This document shows positions 36,021-52,024 of a stretch of 64,000 nucleotides of DNA, one piece after another (within the stretch, counting starts at the first letter, position 1; each line of letters starts with the position of its first letter). The DNA is taken from positions 364,560,001-364,624,000 of the forward strand of contig OZ024741.1 of assembly GCA_964016885.1 (NCBI GenBank), given 5' to 3'. Origin of the DNA: Eledone cirrhosa. Taxonomy: Eukaryota. The notes beneath the pieces were generated by a model. It was given only the letters and a program-made list of their open reading frames with translations. It did not search any database and was not told the origin of the DNA. The position numbers and the translations under genes are program-made.

Positions 36021-38750
36021 ACACTGTTATTACTATTAATATTATGATAATACTTTGAATAGCCAATCTGTCGATGATTTGTCCTATTTCTACCTTTCTC
36101 TATCTTGTCTGTTTAACAGAAAGCCAAGAATGTTTTTTTTTTTTTCATTTCACTACAGAGCGTTGACCAAGATATATTAGCATTTTTTAATTTTCATTTT
36201 CATTTTATAAGTGAAATGTTTTTCCAGGGGCTGTGCCTTCAGTGATATTAAACAATGGATAGATGCATGGAAAGCAGCCTAATGTTTATCTCATGTAGCA
36301 TATATCTGTCAGTTGTTTTATTACATCGCATTATTTATTTCATTTCATTTTCATTTTCATTTACATTTCATTTCATTTCATATCACACTTGGCGAGTCTT
36401 GTGTTTCTTTTTTTTTTATTTTCTCTTTTTTTTTTTACTACATTTTATTTACTTGCAACCTTCTAGCCTCCCCTCTGGTTAGGAAATAAATATTCTTAGT
36501 TTTTACTAAGACTCTTTCTCAGCTATTATCATTCCTTTCTCACTAGATGTTAAGGCAAAAATATACTGTTTTTTTTTCTCAATAATAATTGTTAACCAGC
36601 CCTAAATATATGTCTCAGAGTATTTTAATCAAAATCAAAAAGATAAAGTCTGTAATCAGTCAGTCATGATAGTGAATTCATTAATTTCTTTCATAATGTT
36701 GCTTTATGGTCAACTAAGAAAAATTGTCATGACAAATATCTTTCTTTTTTTTATCACTTCAGAATTTAAGTTTTATTTATCTCCTCTTCATTTTATTTCA
36801 TCAGCTTAAAAAAAGTATTTATTTTATTTGAGAACATGATCTCAAATTTACATTGATTTTTTGTTTGTTTTTGTTTTTGTTTTTTTCATGAGGGTTAATC
36901 AAAAATATTCTTTTTTCTTTACTAGTTTACTTGCACATGATGCAAATCAGTCTTTGACAATAATATCAGTTTCTTCAGCTAGCTGCTCATATGAGCATTA
37001 TTATTATTTGTTAAGCAAAGGTGTTGGTGTAGCAGAATCATTATGGCATCAGACAAAAATGCTTTGAAGCATTTAGTTACGATTTTTTTATGTTCTGAAT
37101 TCAAATCCCACCAAGGTCAACTTTGACTTTCATCCTGTTTAGGGTCGATAAAGTAAAGTACCAGCCAAGTACTGGGGCCCAATGTAGTTGACTTATTTCT
37201 TCCCCTCAAAAATTGCTGGCCATGTGCCTAAATTAGAAGTCATTATTATTACTATTACTATTATTATTATTTATTATTATTATTACTATTATTATTATCA
37301 TCATCATCATCATTATTACTATTTGTTAAGCACACTGTGAAAGTAAGAGAGTTAGGAAGATTCTTGGAAGAAGTATGTTTGCAACTAAAAATATTTCTGT
37401 CAGCTACCCAGGTGCTGCCAAAATCAGACCATGATGTTCCCGTCCATACTGAAGTAGGCAGCAGCCACAGCAGCAACAACAGCAGCAGTTCTCATTCATC
37501 ATATGCTCACTGTATTTACCTGATATTTTGTGGAGTTTTGTTATCCATATTGAATACAGGTATAAGCAACTTCCTAATGTTTAAATGATTCTGTAAGATA
37601 CTGTGTGAATAATAATGATACTTAAGAGAGAAAAAAATCATCTGTATGTGTATATAGTTTTATCCCAATTCCACGTCCCTACACTTATATGTGAGATGTT
37701 AGACAGCTTTTTCATTTTTTTCTTTTGAGCAGAGCATTTTTTTTGTGTGTCTTTTTAAACAGTTCACTGCTGGCCTTTTATTTTCCATTCCTTTTCATCA
37801 AAGGAATTTATTTTGATAATAAGTAGCACGTAATAACTATTTACATTTCATATACACAATCAAAAAGCATGCAAAATCTAAAAAGTTCCATTTTATCAAA
37901 GTCAAAAGATTCATTGAAAACAAAAATAATGTTAATTAAACATAAATTTGCTAACACTGTTTATTTCATATTTATTATTTCATTTATTTATTTTAATTTG
38001 TTTGCAAATTTTTCTCTTATCAATTTCATTTCAACCACCCCAAACCTTGATATGTTTCGGTTTTTATCTAACTAAAAATCACAGTTCATCATCTCATTTA
38101 TGGTTATTTTCTTCTGTAACAATGATCTCATTCCATTACTGAAAAAGAAAAGCCAGTTACATATCATCTTTGATTTCTGTTGCCGCCTATCTATCTATCT
38201 ATTAGTCAATCTATCTATCTATCTATCTATCTACCTACCTAATTACCTGCCTACCTACCTACCTATCTATTTATATATCTATCTATCTATCTACCTACCT
38301 AGCTATTTATCTATCTATCTACCTACCTACCTATTTATCTATCTCTACCTACCTACCAATCTATCTATCATCAATGTGTTTCTTTATATTTATTTTCTTT
38401 TTGTGTTTGATTGTAATTATTTGTTTCTTGATTTCAATTATTTATTCATTATTATTCTTAACTCATGGCTATCAACATTGATCTTATATCTTGTATAATG
38501 CCATATACAAACACAAAAACAGAAATAAAAATCAATAAGTATTTTACAATTTTATTTGAATATAAAATATGGTCAAAATATATAGAAAATAATTCTCAAA
38601 TATTTCACATAAGTCCCTTCATTTTCTTTTCTCCTTTTTTTCCTATTCTAAAATATAATCAATCACCCCATTATCCCTTCCTCTCTCCCCTTAACCCTTC
38701 ATGACCATATTTCTAACTAAATACATCGCCCTTGTGTTACAATAAAATTT
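35758..38750 (+). other. BRSK: Probable BRSK 3' UTR (end uncertain)
   Basis: U-rich and transposon-poor; repeated ttcatt(t) motifs, TGCATG at ~36264, AATAAA at ~36485, ~38524 and 38741. Confidence 0.4.
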
Positions 38751-40151
38751 TTAAATAATCAAAAATTTGGAAGAGTTTAATAGAATAAATAAGTTCTCTA
38801 TCATTAAGTTATTGTTAGAAGCATAATTTAACGAAATTTTGAAAGTAGGTTTAAATCAAAATACTTTATCTTTGGTTTTGTATCAAAGAGCTAAGGGTGG
38901 TCTCAAGCAGGTTAGTATCAAAAGGGTTAAATGGTATATCAAACATAGTTTCTTGTAACACCTTGCCAGAATTGCTTTTAAATTCATACTTTTAATATAT
39001 TATAGTATAGGCACAGGTATTTCTGTGTGGTTAAGGGGTTTGCTTTGTAACCACATAGTTTTGGGTAGAAACCACTTATATATATATCCAGGAAGTGTAA
39101 CATGAAGTTACTGTAAGTTCAGCCAGGTGAGCACTCAATATTTAGATTCACATCTGTAGCAAGGTGTAGAGCTAACCACAGTAAATATAATAATACAAGG
39201 AGGATTTGTTAAGCCTTCATAATGTTTATTTATTTGTGACACACGTTTCACTGTTGATCATCTCAAGGTTCGATCTGGCCCGACTCTGAAATCAAAACCT
39301 CGTCAGACCTCTGCTGTTGTAATGACAGAATGAACATATAAAGCATGTGTTATGGTTATGCCCTGTAATTTAGCAGTTCAACAAAAAGAAATTAATAAAA
39401 TAAGTACTGGGGTCGATATGACTAAAATCCTAGCATGGCTGTAATAGAATAACTAAAACCAGTAAAAGAATAAAAGAATGTAAACTTATTGAAAATTTAG
39501 TTAGTTCCAATTCAGAAAACCCTTTTTACTGATTCCTTCAACAATATACTCTATCAAAGTATAATGACATATATATTTACAGTTATATTCTTATGTTTGT
39601 TTTATTAATCCTAACAACCAAATTCTAAACACCATGTTTGCTTTTTATTTGGAAAACTGTTCAAATTAAGTTTTACTTTGATACAGCTAATTAAAAAGTA
39701 TTTTATGCAATTTATATTATATGCAAAATAAGTCTATCTAATAAGCTTAAATACTTCGAAGGGATTTGAGGAATATTTCTTAAGTGGTATATTTAATTCA
39801 ATACATAATATCAAGTAGGACCTGTGTATGACACACACACACACGTGTGTACATCTACAGTATCAGGCAAGTACATATGTCAAAGGGAAGAGCACTCAGT
39901 AGAAAAGAGTTAATTTATATATTTTATATCTTGTCAATCCATATTACTATTAGTTTCAAGAAACTCAGTGTTTGAGTAATGATCATCAAACACAGTTTGA
40001 CATCATACTGCCTGCAATCCTCAATTAAAAGTTGTGTTTTATAAGTATGTTTATACATGTATATATATATATTAAGTGTATATATGTCTATATATATATA
40101 TATATAATATATATATATACATATATATATATACAGTTTTAATATAGAAGA

Positions 40152-40200
40152 GCTTCTACAGGACTAGAACTGTTTCATTCATGAGAAATCATCAGGGAGC
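40152..40200 (-). ncRNA. Type I hammerhead motif (family shared with 60089-60143; decayed copy ~7617-7663)
   Basis: gctcc-CTGATGA-tttctcatgaat-GAAAC-ag(ttctagtc)ct-GTA-gaagc; stem I has a mismatch. Confidence 0.6.
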
Positions 40201-40300
40201 ACATATATATACAGATGTATGCACATATATATATATATATATATGCATTTATATGTGAATATATATGTGTATATATACACATGCAAACACACACACACAC

Positions 40301-40365
<65 letters not shown>

Positions 40366-41072
40366 ACTGACTCATTATTTAAAATTATTCAAGATATTGC
40401 TCAAAATACAATCACTTTCCATGAGCTGTTTTTGAACTAAGTCAAAGACCTTACTCCACCAGTGAACTTCCTACTTGAAGTAGCTTTACATTGCTTTACT
40501 ATAAAATGCCAAATAATCTATTATGCAAGTAGTTTTACATACTTATTGTTATTTATTTCATTTTTTTTTTTTTTTTAAATATAATTTGTTTTTGATTTTC
40601 TATTCTGATGTCCAAACATTATTGTTGTTTTGCTGTTGTTTATACACATTATCTATACACAGCTACCAGAACTACTACAACCATAGCTATGTCTCCTACT
40701 ACAGCTATAGCTATTATTACACCCACTACTTCATCTACTACTAGCACAACTACAACTACAGTTACTACCAACACTACTACAGCTACTATTACCACTACTA
40801 CATCTATTATTACACTACTACAGCTGCTACTACTTCCACCATCACTAACACCACCACCACAACTACTACTGTAAATAGTATTATATTTTTATTTATTTAT
40901 ATTTGACTTTTTTTAATTTATTTGTGTTGTTTCTCTTTATTTGTGTCCACCACCACCACCATCACAATTCATCATCATTGCTCATATATCATTATATATT
41001 TTCATCAATAAACATCATTCATCTCTCATCTTGCCTTCTTTTCTACCATTATTTTTATTATTATTATTATTA

Positions 41073-41110
<38 letters not shown>

Positions 41111-41319
41111 TTTGGCAGTATAGGTAGAGGGTCGGATGCCATGCTTTGCAGCATAGAGTTACAACTCTTTATGGTCTGAGTTTAAATCCCGCCGAGGTTA
41201 ACTTTGCTTTCATCCTTACGGGGGTCGATAAAATAAAGTACCAGTAATGTTCTGGGATAATTGCTGGCCTTGTGCTAAAAGTAGAAACAATTATTATTAT
41301 TATTATTGATATTATTGAT

Positions 41320-41730
41320 GGTTTGCACAGTAAATATGATAATTACTGGATCTAATGTCTGTTGAGTTTCAACAAAGACTTTAGACGGACAGTACTTTGC
41401 CTAATATGTGAACAGTGCTCTACAGGACAGTCTTTTATAGGAGAGCAATTTGTGATTTGAGCTCTATTTGCTTAAGATACCCTCTCAGTTTTAGTCGTAT
41501 TGAACAACTGGAATTATCTTGACCACATTTATGCAATTCAAGTCAGTATATTTTGTTATTTTTTCATTTTCCTTCATTGCTCTGCTGTGTTCTTCTGGGA
41601 TGGTAACATCAATAATCTGGCATTTGCCCCTGTTTCTGTGCATATCTACAGTATCTGGCCTGTTGTATACAAGTCTGCAATCTGTTTGGATTGTGAAGTC
41701 TCAGAGTGTTTCGGGTTTGTCTGTATCATC
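41320..41730 (-). mobile_element. 3' fragment of a second RLE-type (R4/Dong-like) LINE
   Basis: Minus strand reads L*DFTIQTDCRLVYNRPDTV..KCQIIDVTIPEE..KENEKITKYTDL..KIIPVV. Confidence 0.75.
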
Positions 41731-41844
41731 AATGAGTTCAAATCCCGTTGAGGTTAACTTTGCCTTTCATCCTTACCGGGTCGATAAAATAAAGTACCAG
41801 TAATGAACTGGGTAATTGCTGGCCTTGTGCCTAAAGTAGAAACA

Positions 41845-41877
<33 letters not shown>

Positions 41878-42659
41878 TCTCTATTATTTAAAAACCATGG
41901 TGTCAAGCCACTCTGCCATCCATCAATTAAAAAAACAGCAAAAAAACAAGGAAAGAAAAAAGCCACACCAAGGAACACAAGCTGTTATTTGTCACAGTCA
42001 TCATCATCATCATGATTCTCATAATCATTAGCATTGATTGCCAAATACTTTTCTTTGCTTATCCTGCAATTTTACTCTTTTGTTTTTCATTTCATTTCAC
42101 ATTTTAAGCATATTTCTTCAGTTTTTCGTCTAAAGTCTAAAATCACAAAAAAGAAAAAAAAAATTAAATAGACCAAAGTTAAAATGTATAATACAACCAA
42201 GACGTTTGTTTTAAATAGGTTAAAAAAAACACTGACAGTTTTTACATTGAGTTAAAGATTGAATTTTTAAAAAAATTAATTAAAGCATCTTTTTTTTCTA
42301 ATTTTGGGAATATAATGATTAACTAAATACCTTTATAATGTCCATTCAGTTCATTAAAGATTTGTTGCTGTTAACATTGGTCATTGGTTTGATGATTCTC
42401 TTATTAAATCACTCTATATTTTCTTTCTTATTATATCATTATACATTAGAAACCCATAGCTAGTTATTCGGATCAACTTTAGACACATTCTTTGGTTGAC
42501 ATTATTTAAACCATTTCCTGCCGAGGTTAACTTTGCCTTTCATCCTTTCGGGGTCGATAAAATAAAGTACCAGTAATGTACTGGGTAATTGCTGGCCTTG
42601 TGCCTAAAATAGAAACAATTATCTCTTATACTTCAACAGCATATTTGATGGAACATACA

Positions 42660-42862
42660 CACATACATACATACATACATACATGAGGATTGCCGATGAT
42701 TGCCGTCTCTTATTGATTCTTTGTTATCATCCTGTAGGCGTCCATGACTTTGTAGATGACTTTGTAGTCCAGCTGTAGATCTGCATGGTTTATGACACAG
42801 GTGACAGAAGAGAGTTGTGCTTTCCACAGGACTGGTGATGTCACCCTGAGGGACACAATCTC
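42660..42862 (-). mobile_element. RTE-like LINE 3' end
   Basis: CHLCHKPCRSTAGLQSHLQSH finger followed by a (TATG)n tail. Confidence 0.6.
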
Positions 42863-45145
42863 TATGTACATACATACACACATACACACATACAAGCATG
42901 CATTCCTATATATTATCCATTACATATATTCTGGCAAGCTCAAACTGCTTTGATGGTCAATTTAAAATTGTTTCAATGATTTGAGCCATCAAATGGTTTA
43001 TGTTTGACCATTGTGTGTACATGTGATGAACAATATCTACTTTCTGCTTTAAAGTATTGAGTACCATGTTAAATAATTATCTTACTAATCATTTAATTAG
43101 TAACATCTTAACGATATATATACAACATACACATCATTATCATCATCATTTATTCTGAAATCGTGTCTGATTTCCCAGCAAGCAAGAATTGGATAGGTTG
43201 TCAGCCGATTTGGTTTGTTCTCATTGCAGAGCTACTGATCCCACAGTGAATTGGTAGCTTGCATCCGGCTTACATTTCTGCATTTTGTTGAGTGCTCAGA
43301 TAGGCCAGCAGCCTGTAACTTGCTTACATATGATCTCGTGCACTACTGAGTGCATTTCATCATACACCATACTATGGGGGTTGTCATGTTTTTGACACAG
43401 CTAATGAATCCTCCTAACCCTTTGGCAGATTTTCTATGGCTGGATGCCCTTCCTATCTTATTCACACACATAGACATACAAACACTCACCAGCTTTCATT
43501 AAATTGTTTCAATCTGTATCTCCCTTTCATCATTTTTCCATCATTATTTCCTCTCCATTTTTCTCATAAATTAAAAGGATGTTAATTTAATTTTTTTCTT
43601 GTATGATAATATACTGTGGCAGAATATTATGTGTTCCATCATCTTTATCTTACACATTTTCTTTAATGGTAGTTTTAACCAAGAATTCTTTAGAAAGGAA
43701 TATGCAGAAAATAGTATGTTGAACTCTTCACAAATATTTCTGATGTCTAATTTGAATCAGATGAAATGTTATTGATCCTTTGCTTCTTGCAATTAATCCT
43801 GATAATATACACCACTTAATTTTCCTGGTATCAAATTAGTGGAGTCATTAGAGTGTCAGATTAAAATGACTTGAACAGCATCATACAATGTTGTCACTAT
43901 TAGATTATGTTGATGATAGTGTCATTTCTTTTTACAATTTCCTGATTTATAACTAATTTATTAAAAGCAAGCAGTGAGAAATGATAAGCTTAACTCTTTT
44001 TTTTACCATATTTCTAATGAAAGACACTTTTTTGAAAATAATTAAGAATTTTAAAGGATTTAATAATATAACTAACTTCTTCATTTTTATGCTCATGTTT
44101 GGAACATAATAAAGGTTCTTACATAAATCTATGACGGAGCGTTTTTAGATAAATATGAACAGTTCTGTTTTATAAAAACAGAAATTAAAATATATAATAG
44201 AAATGAAAGTTATTTTTCCTTCTCCATCCAACAAAAATGACATAATTAAAAATATGTAAAACTAAATTCTTAATCATAAAGAAACGGTCACAAAGAATAA
44301 TATGTATGTATGTACGTATATGTATGTGTGTGTGCGTGTGTATGCATATATCTTTATACGTAGAGAGATCGAAATCAAACAATTCTTTTCAGAGTTATAA
44401 TATTTTTCAAGTTCTCTAGGTACTTCTAGTATGAGATAGAGATACTAATATTAAACATTAGGTTTTATTAATGCCTTCAACTATTAAATAGTAGCTTACT
44501 TTATTTTTTATCGTCAAGATATAAATGTTATGATACTGAGTTCCAACATAAAGTAGTGGATGGATGCATGGCTGAATGGTTAAGAAGTTTGTTTAAAAAT
44601 CAAGAGTGCCAGGATTCAATCTCACTGCATGACATCTTGAGCAAGTGTGTTTATCATAGCTTTGTATTGACTCAAGCCCTGTGAGTGAAACTGGGTAGGT
44701 GGAAACTGTATGGAAGACTGAGATGAATAGTACTTGGAATTCAAAGATCCAACCTTGTTGCATAATGTGTCATGTTGATTTGGCTTGGGTATTATGTGAA
44801 GGGTACATTTGACAGTAGAATAACTCAACCTGTTACGTGTTAATTTGCTAGTTGGATGATCAATTGATTGAGCAACTGAATGATAGAATAATCCATCACA
44901 TAAAGGAAGTAACCTCGCTATTACTTTACTATTTATTTTCTAAGATTAAATTAATTTAAGATTTACAATTGAGTCATTGATTTTATTGTGGAAGGTGGGG
45001 AGGAGGTAAAAAATTAAAATGAAATTAGATTTGAAAATTAAGTTATTTTAATTATTTAATTTAACAACAATAACATTCTTATATATATATATATATAATC
45101 GTTATTTTGTTTTTGTTTATTATTCATTTTCATTATTATTTTTGA

Positions 45146-45188
<43 letters not shown>

Positions 45189-47011
45189 TTATTCAGTTTT
45201 TTTGTTATCATTAATTCTCATTGCATATTATTTCATGTCAATTAAAAAAAGTAACAAATGCATTTAATTTCCTACCTAAATCAATTTTAGTGATATCACA
45301 CTATTACAGATTCAGAAAATTGAATTATTCTACCCCAAATGCTGCAGTTTCTCATGTTGTATTCTTCCAGTTTCATTCCTTAAAGAGTATCACTTTTAGC
45401 ACAGACAATGATTCTACTTATTTTTATCAACATAATTATTGTTATATAATGGGAAATATACTAAATTTTCCTTTAGCACTCCAAACCATAATCACCGTCC
45501 TGTCACTTCTCTATGACTAATTAAATAAATGACCTATCTAACAAAAAATAGCTCTAGTTTTTTCATGTCATTGCATTTCATGGTCTTTCATTGTCAGATG
45601 TGCTTTCAGTAGGATTCATTTTTATTTGAAGCCCTATTTCTGGGTTAAAATTCTATCTAACTGACTCCTTTTTTGTTGTCATTATGCTCTTTCATATACA
45701 CTCATTAACTTGCATTGTTTTGTTAAGAATCATTCTACTAGCTCTTCTCAATTTAACTCTTAATGTCCTGTATCACATGTAACTTCATCAACAAGACATT
45801 CTTGAAAATACAGATCTGCAGTATGACAGCGTCACATTAAAAATTGAAGTTTGTATTCTAATACTGCAAATTTTCTCAATGATATATCTACTAGTGAAGA
45901 TACTATAAATAGTTGAATTTAAAAACTTATTTTCAGATATATTGTGCTAATTCATCACAGGATGTTAAGAGTTAATAGTGATTTGTGTGTTGCCTATATT
46001 TATTTTGTCCCCTTTAATTCCAGGCTCTATTTCTTTTCTTTCTTTTTTTTTTTTTTAAACTTTTTTTTTGCGAAATTGGAATTAAAATGTTATTGAATCT
46101 GTAATGAAAAGAACCATATGTACATAAACATTTCTGTTAAACATGTTATCTTAAATAAGTCACTTGTAGTAGAAAAACAATGGGCTCAGAACAGTGTACC
46201 GGTAAACATTTCTTAATCAAATTATATAAATCTTCATGAATTTTCTATTATTATTTCAAAATGAATTACAAATTTTATATTATGGTTACATTCTTTGGAA
46301 TTCTGTGAAATATATTTCTGGTTAACAATTATTTAATTATTTAATTATTCAGTATCATAATAATGATATAATGAACGCTTATGTTCCTGCTTATTAAAAA
46401 AAAATGGTTTCCTTTTATAAATACTGCTGTGGTGCAGATTTTGGGTAGTTTTTACCTGTGGCTAAAATAGCCAAAATGAAATAACACATGGAGTTGTTGG
46501 GGCTGGGGGTCTCTTTAAATTCAATCTGCCAGTTATTGCTTAGGTTTTAAACCATTCATGACTCTGTTTCTCATAAATATATACTAAAAGGAATGACAAT
46601 TTTTTCTATACTGTCTGAATTTAGACTAATTTGTCGTATATAATAATACAGCATTATATGGTTTCTATGCTCTCCTTACTATATTTGACAAAGTTGCTAA
46701 CATATCAGTCAATAAGAATTATTATTATACCCTTATAAGGAGGTCTCATTAGACAAAGATAACTGCTTTAACAGCTTGAAGCATTTCCATGCTACCTTTT
46801 TGTTCTCCCCAAATTACAAATGTGCCTGCAATGTTATATGTTATTCTTGTATTATATGTTTTGCCATGCCTTCTGGAGAAAAAAAATGGAAGATATAATC
46901 AATTTATCTTCCTATCTTCCTATCTTCCCACTTGCTTTGCTTTTTTTTTTTTTTTTTTTGTTATGTACTTACAACTTGTTATCTCATCATTTCATCATTT
47001 TATCACCATGC

Positions 47012-47063
<52 letters not shown>

Positions 47064-50000
47064 TGTTGTTGTTATTGGTGAGCCATCAAGTTTTGACCAA
47101 TCAATCACTTGGCCCAAAAAACTCATATCATCAATCACCAATTTCAAATGAAAGACACTGATCATTTATTTGCCTGATAGAGGAGGTTTCTTCTGAAAAT
47201 AAGTTTCTTTTGAACTTCAAACAAATTATTTTTACTTGCTACCTACTTGCCTCTTTTTTTTATTTTATAATTTCGGCTGTAATATTGCAAACAGTTTTTA
47301 AGTTATGTTGAAGATATATTCTCCTAATGGAATAGTTTTCACCATTTCTACTGTATTCTGAAATATATCATTACATACTTCTTTTACTAGCTTCCTATAT
47401 TCTACCTCATGGAGTTTACTGTTAGCTTATTTCGTTCATGGGGATATTGTGAGAAAATAACCATCAATTTAAAGTATAATGCTATTACATGTATTAATTA
47501 GGATTATCAATTTTAAAGTTCTTTGCTGTGCTCTTAACTGAACCAAAATCCCACTAAAGCCAAATTGATAAAATAAAGTACCATAGGTGCAGGCATAATT
47601 ATCAAGTTAAGGAGTTCACCTTGCAAACATGTGATTATAGGTTTAGTCCCACTGCATGACACCTTGGGCAAGTGTTTTCTGCTATAGCCTTCAGTTAACC
47701 GATGCCTGTGAGTTAAATCTGTTAGACAGAAACTGTGCAGTAACCCTCATGCATGCATGTATGTATATATTTATGTATGCATCTACGTAAGTATGTGTAT
47801 GGGTGTGTGTATTTGTATCTATTTTATTAATATCACGTAACTTAGCAGTTCAACAAAAAGATATTGTAAAATAAGTACTAAACTTGAAAATAAGCAGGAA
47901 GGTTGGTATATGATCAGCTAGAGTCCCTTCAAGGTGATACCCCAGTATAGCCACAGTCTAATGACTGAAACAGGTTAAAAAAGTACCAGTCCAGGCAAAA
48001 GATTAAATTCCACATTAACTATTTCATATAATCTTTCATTTGAATGACCGACTTTTCAAACTGATATCATTCCCTAATCTTTGTAATTATACAACAATAG
48101 AAAACCTCCAAATCTCAGCATTTACCTTGACTACACCTGTATTATTTGCCATTCCCAGTCAAGTCAATGAGAGAGCATCTATGTGGTCATTTGACCTGTG
48201 AAAAATAGAAGCCAAATCTCACTGAAAACTCAACCTCACTTTCCTAAGAACAGAATGGACACATTGGTTATTGTGTTTCTAGATACACTCCCTCTGAAAA
48301 AAAAAATAGTGGATGGTCACAGTTGGAATGCCATTGATTATAGGTGCTCTGGATCAGGCTGGACACAGCATAGCTGAATGGTCGAGAAGTTCACTTCACA
48401 GTCATTAGAATTCAGATTTGATCCCACTGCATAGCATCTTAGACAATTATCTTGCCTTGGGTCAACATTTCTTGTGAGTGAAATTGGGGAGCTTTGTCAC
48501 ACAATGTATCATGCAGAACCTCCCTCAGATTTAAGTTAAGGGTACACATAACTGTGAAATACTCAGCCACTTGCACATTAATTTCACAAGCAGGCTGTTC
48601 AATTGATCAAATGACAGGAGCTCTCATCGTTAAAACTGACAGAGGTTCATTACATTATTTATGTTCACTCAACCATTTAGAAATAACAGTCAAGTCTCCT
48701 TCAAACCATTCTTCACTGTCTTAAGAAAAGAAATGACATTGAATGATGTACTTTTTGATACCTTCAGCTGGAATGCCATTGGTCATAAATTCTTGGATCA
48801 GAGTTGATTTGGGGTTAAACAACAATAACAACAATTGTATCTGAGAGATTTCCAGCAAACTAATATACAACCTATTTCCCTTTCTGGGTCTGTTAGCAGA
48901 AAAGTAAAATTAATAGTTGCTCTCAGTTTCACTAAAACATCATATTTCATGAGCCAGCAAGAGAGTTGTTATGCCTTTGCTTAGTCTTTTAGAAATAACA
49001 GCTAAATCTCGCTCAAATCACACACCCTACCATCTTAAAAAGAAGTAAGGACAAATTAGATGATGTAGTTCCTAATTTACAAAAAAAAAAAAAAAAAAAT
49101 GAAGGTTGGGCATGACTGGAATACTTTTGATCATAGGTCAGTTTGATCAGGACTGATATGAGACTAAACAACAACAGAAATATCTTACTTTAGCATTTTT
49201 AAATTGGGTGCAGTTTCACTAATTAAACTCATTATCATCACCATCATCAATATCATCATCGTCATCATACGTCCATTTTCCATGCTGGCATGGATTGGAC
49301 AAAATAATTCTACAATTAGATTACACCGCTAACCACAATTTATAACAACAACAACATAACACACAAACCCATCAGAATATTAACATTACCATTACTTATT
49401 AGTTAGATACTATACAGATACACAGAGTAATTGAACAGAAGAAACTAGCAATATTGAGAGTATCTCATTAAGGGCTCAGGCATAGCAGTGTGGTAAAAGA
49501 TTTCCATCTCAGTTACACAGTTCTAAGTTTGATGCTACGGCATGACACTTTGGACCATTGTTTTCTTCTATAACATCTGGTCAACCAAAGCTTTCTGAGT
49601 GAAATTTGATCCCATTGCATTGCACCTTAGGCAAATGTCTTATACTATAGCCTCTGGTCAACCAAAGCCTTCTGAATTAAATTTTTTATCATTGCATTGC
49701 ACTACACTTTGAGCAAGTGCCTTCTGTCATAGCATCTGGTCAACCAAAATCTTCTGATTGAAATTTGACTAAGTGACTTATCTGGTCAACCAGAATGAAA
49801 TTTGGTTTACAGAAGCTGTGTAGTTTCTTGTTAAAGTGTAAACATAATCTGTTGGCCAGTTTAACTGCTTGGCTTTTGTGCACTTAAATGGAATGCACTC
49901 AATTGCAAATGGGCATATCATGACTGAATAGTTAAGAAATTTGCTTCACAATCATTAGGTCCCAGATTTGATCTCACTCTATGGAATCTTGGGTAAGTGT

Positions 50001-52024
50001 CATTTACCATAGCCTCAGGTCAGCCCAAGCCATGCGAGTGAAATTAGGTAGATGGAAACTGTTTGGAAGCCCATCAAATGGACTGAACATCTAATTCAAA
50101 GGGCCAACATTATCACACAGTATCATACTGAATCTCCCTAAGTATTATGTTCATGAAATTGACTATATATCTGATTGAAAGAGCCAAATTGCCACACTGT
50201 GTCATGCTGAATATCCCTAAGAATTACATTAAGGGCATGTTAAGGTGTTTGTTGAATGCTCAGTCACTTACATGTTAATTTCTTAAGCAGTTTGCTCAGT
50301 TGATCACACAACTGGAACATTCACTGTCAAACTTAATGAAGGTCCATTCCACTCTATTGCAACCATTTAGATCAGGTCTCCATTCTGAGAAAAACGTCCC
50401 CATTTTCTTATTAAAAAGGGTCATGGGTGTTGACATTTCTCCTCTGAGTAAGCCATGAAAAAATTAAAAAAACAACAAACAAATATATTTAGAACAGCAA
50501 TATTACAACAATGGGAGGGAGGATTGGCAGAATCGTTAGAGCATCAGAAGTTATAGCACTATTTATTTACATTCTGAGTTCAATTCCTGCTAAGGTCAGC
50601 TTTGCTTTTGATTTTTCCAGGAGAGTTTGAAGAAATAAAATACCAGTGATATATTGGAATGTCAATTTAATTGACTATAACCATTCCCTCTCTCACAAAT
50701 GGAAGGTCATGTGCCAATATTAGAAATTAATATTAGAACATTCTAGAAAGTGATCATGTTAAGATTGTTGGTGATGAAAAAAAAAAGAAATATTTTAGCT
50801 AAATGGAACAAACATAAGCAGAAAATATTTTGAAGTGTGAACAAGAATGAGGAAGAGGTTTTCCTATTTAAGGACTTACAACTTGTTCAAATCCAGATAT
50901 ACTGTATATACTTGTGTATAAGTTACAACATTTTCCATAAAAATATGATGTAAAAGCCAGCATGCGACTTATCTACTGGGCCTAGAAAAAATTTAAATCA
51001 AAATAAATAGTTCATTGTAAATGCCCAAAACAGCCAATCAATGATGCGTGAAAGATGGAGGTGCAACTTATACACAGGTATTTACAATATATACATGTAT
51101 GTTATATAGATTGAGAGAAAATAATTTTCAAATTTGTTTTTTTTGTGTGTCCAGATTTGGTTGCAATAAATATTAATATTTTTATTTTATTTAACCAGAT
51201 GAAGGCAAATTAGTTTAAGTTTTCACATTTTCTGAATATATCCATGCATAGGTATAACCATGAGGTTAAGAAGTTTACTTCACAACAACATGGCTTCATA
51301 TCCAATCCTACTGTGTAGTACCTTAGGCAAATGTCTTCTAGTACGTGAGCCTCAGGTCAACCAAAGCATTGTGAGGGAAGTTTGTTAGATTGAAACCATT
51401 TGGAAGCTTGTCCGAGGCATTGTTTCTGTTCTAGAGTGGTAGACTTAATCTGTCACCTGGTTTAACACCACCACTACTTGGCTCTTGGATGCTTTTAGTG
51501 GAGTCCACTGTATTGCAAGCATTTGGGGAGTCAGGTGTTCAGTCTGAGGATAACCCTCTCCATCCCTCCCTTCTCCCTACCAGTCAGTCTCAGTAAAAAG
51601 TCATGAGTGCTGCCTTTATTCCTCAGACTGAGTAAAAAAAAAAAAATTTTAAAAAAGAGAGAAAAGAAAAAAAACTCAACATTAATAATCATTGTTTCAT
51701 TTATTCAATTATTTATTGGGAATGGTAGAATTCATCAGTGCTCATTTTGTATTGTCTGAAAAGAAGCAAAAACAGTTGTTTGTGTTATGTGCACAATGCA
51801 TTCTTCTGAGTTAATTTTTGTTGATGTTTCTTTTTTTTAATGAAGAAATCAATCAAGATATAAAACAAATGTTCTTCAAAAAGTGATAATTTTATTTGAA
51901 ACAGTAAAAGAACTTATCTTCAAAACTATATTTGGAGCAGTCAAATATTTAGTTTGTTTATTTTTTATTATTTTTTATGTTATATACTTTTCATGGACTT
52001 TTTATATGAGATTGGTATGATTTT

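Noticed and set aside
37337-37588. ORF with a CAG-rich tract downstream of BRSK
   Set aside because: No recognisable domain or splice context; more likely UTR or intergenic sequence.
40608-40874. Thr-rich mucin-like ORF
   Set aside because: Degenerate (CTA/ACT)n microsatellite; no splice or homology support.
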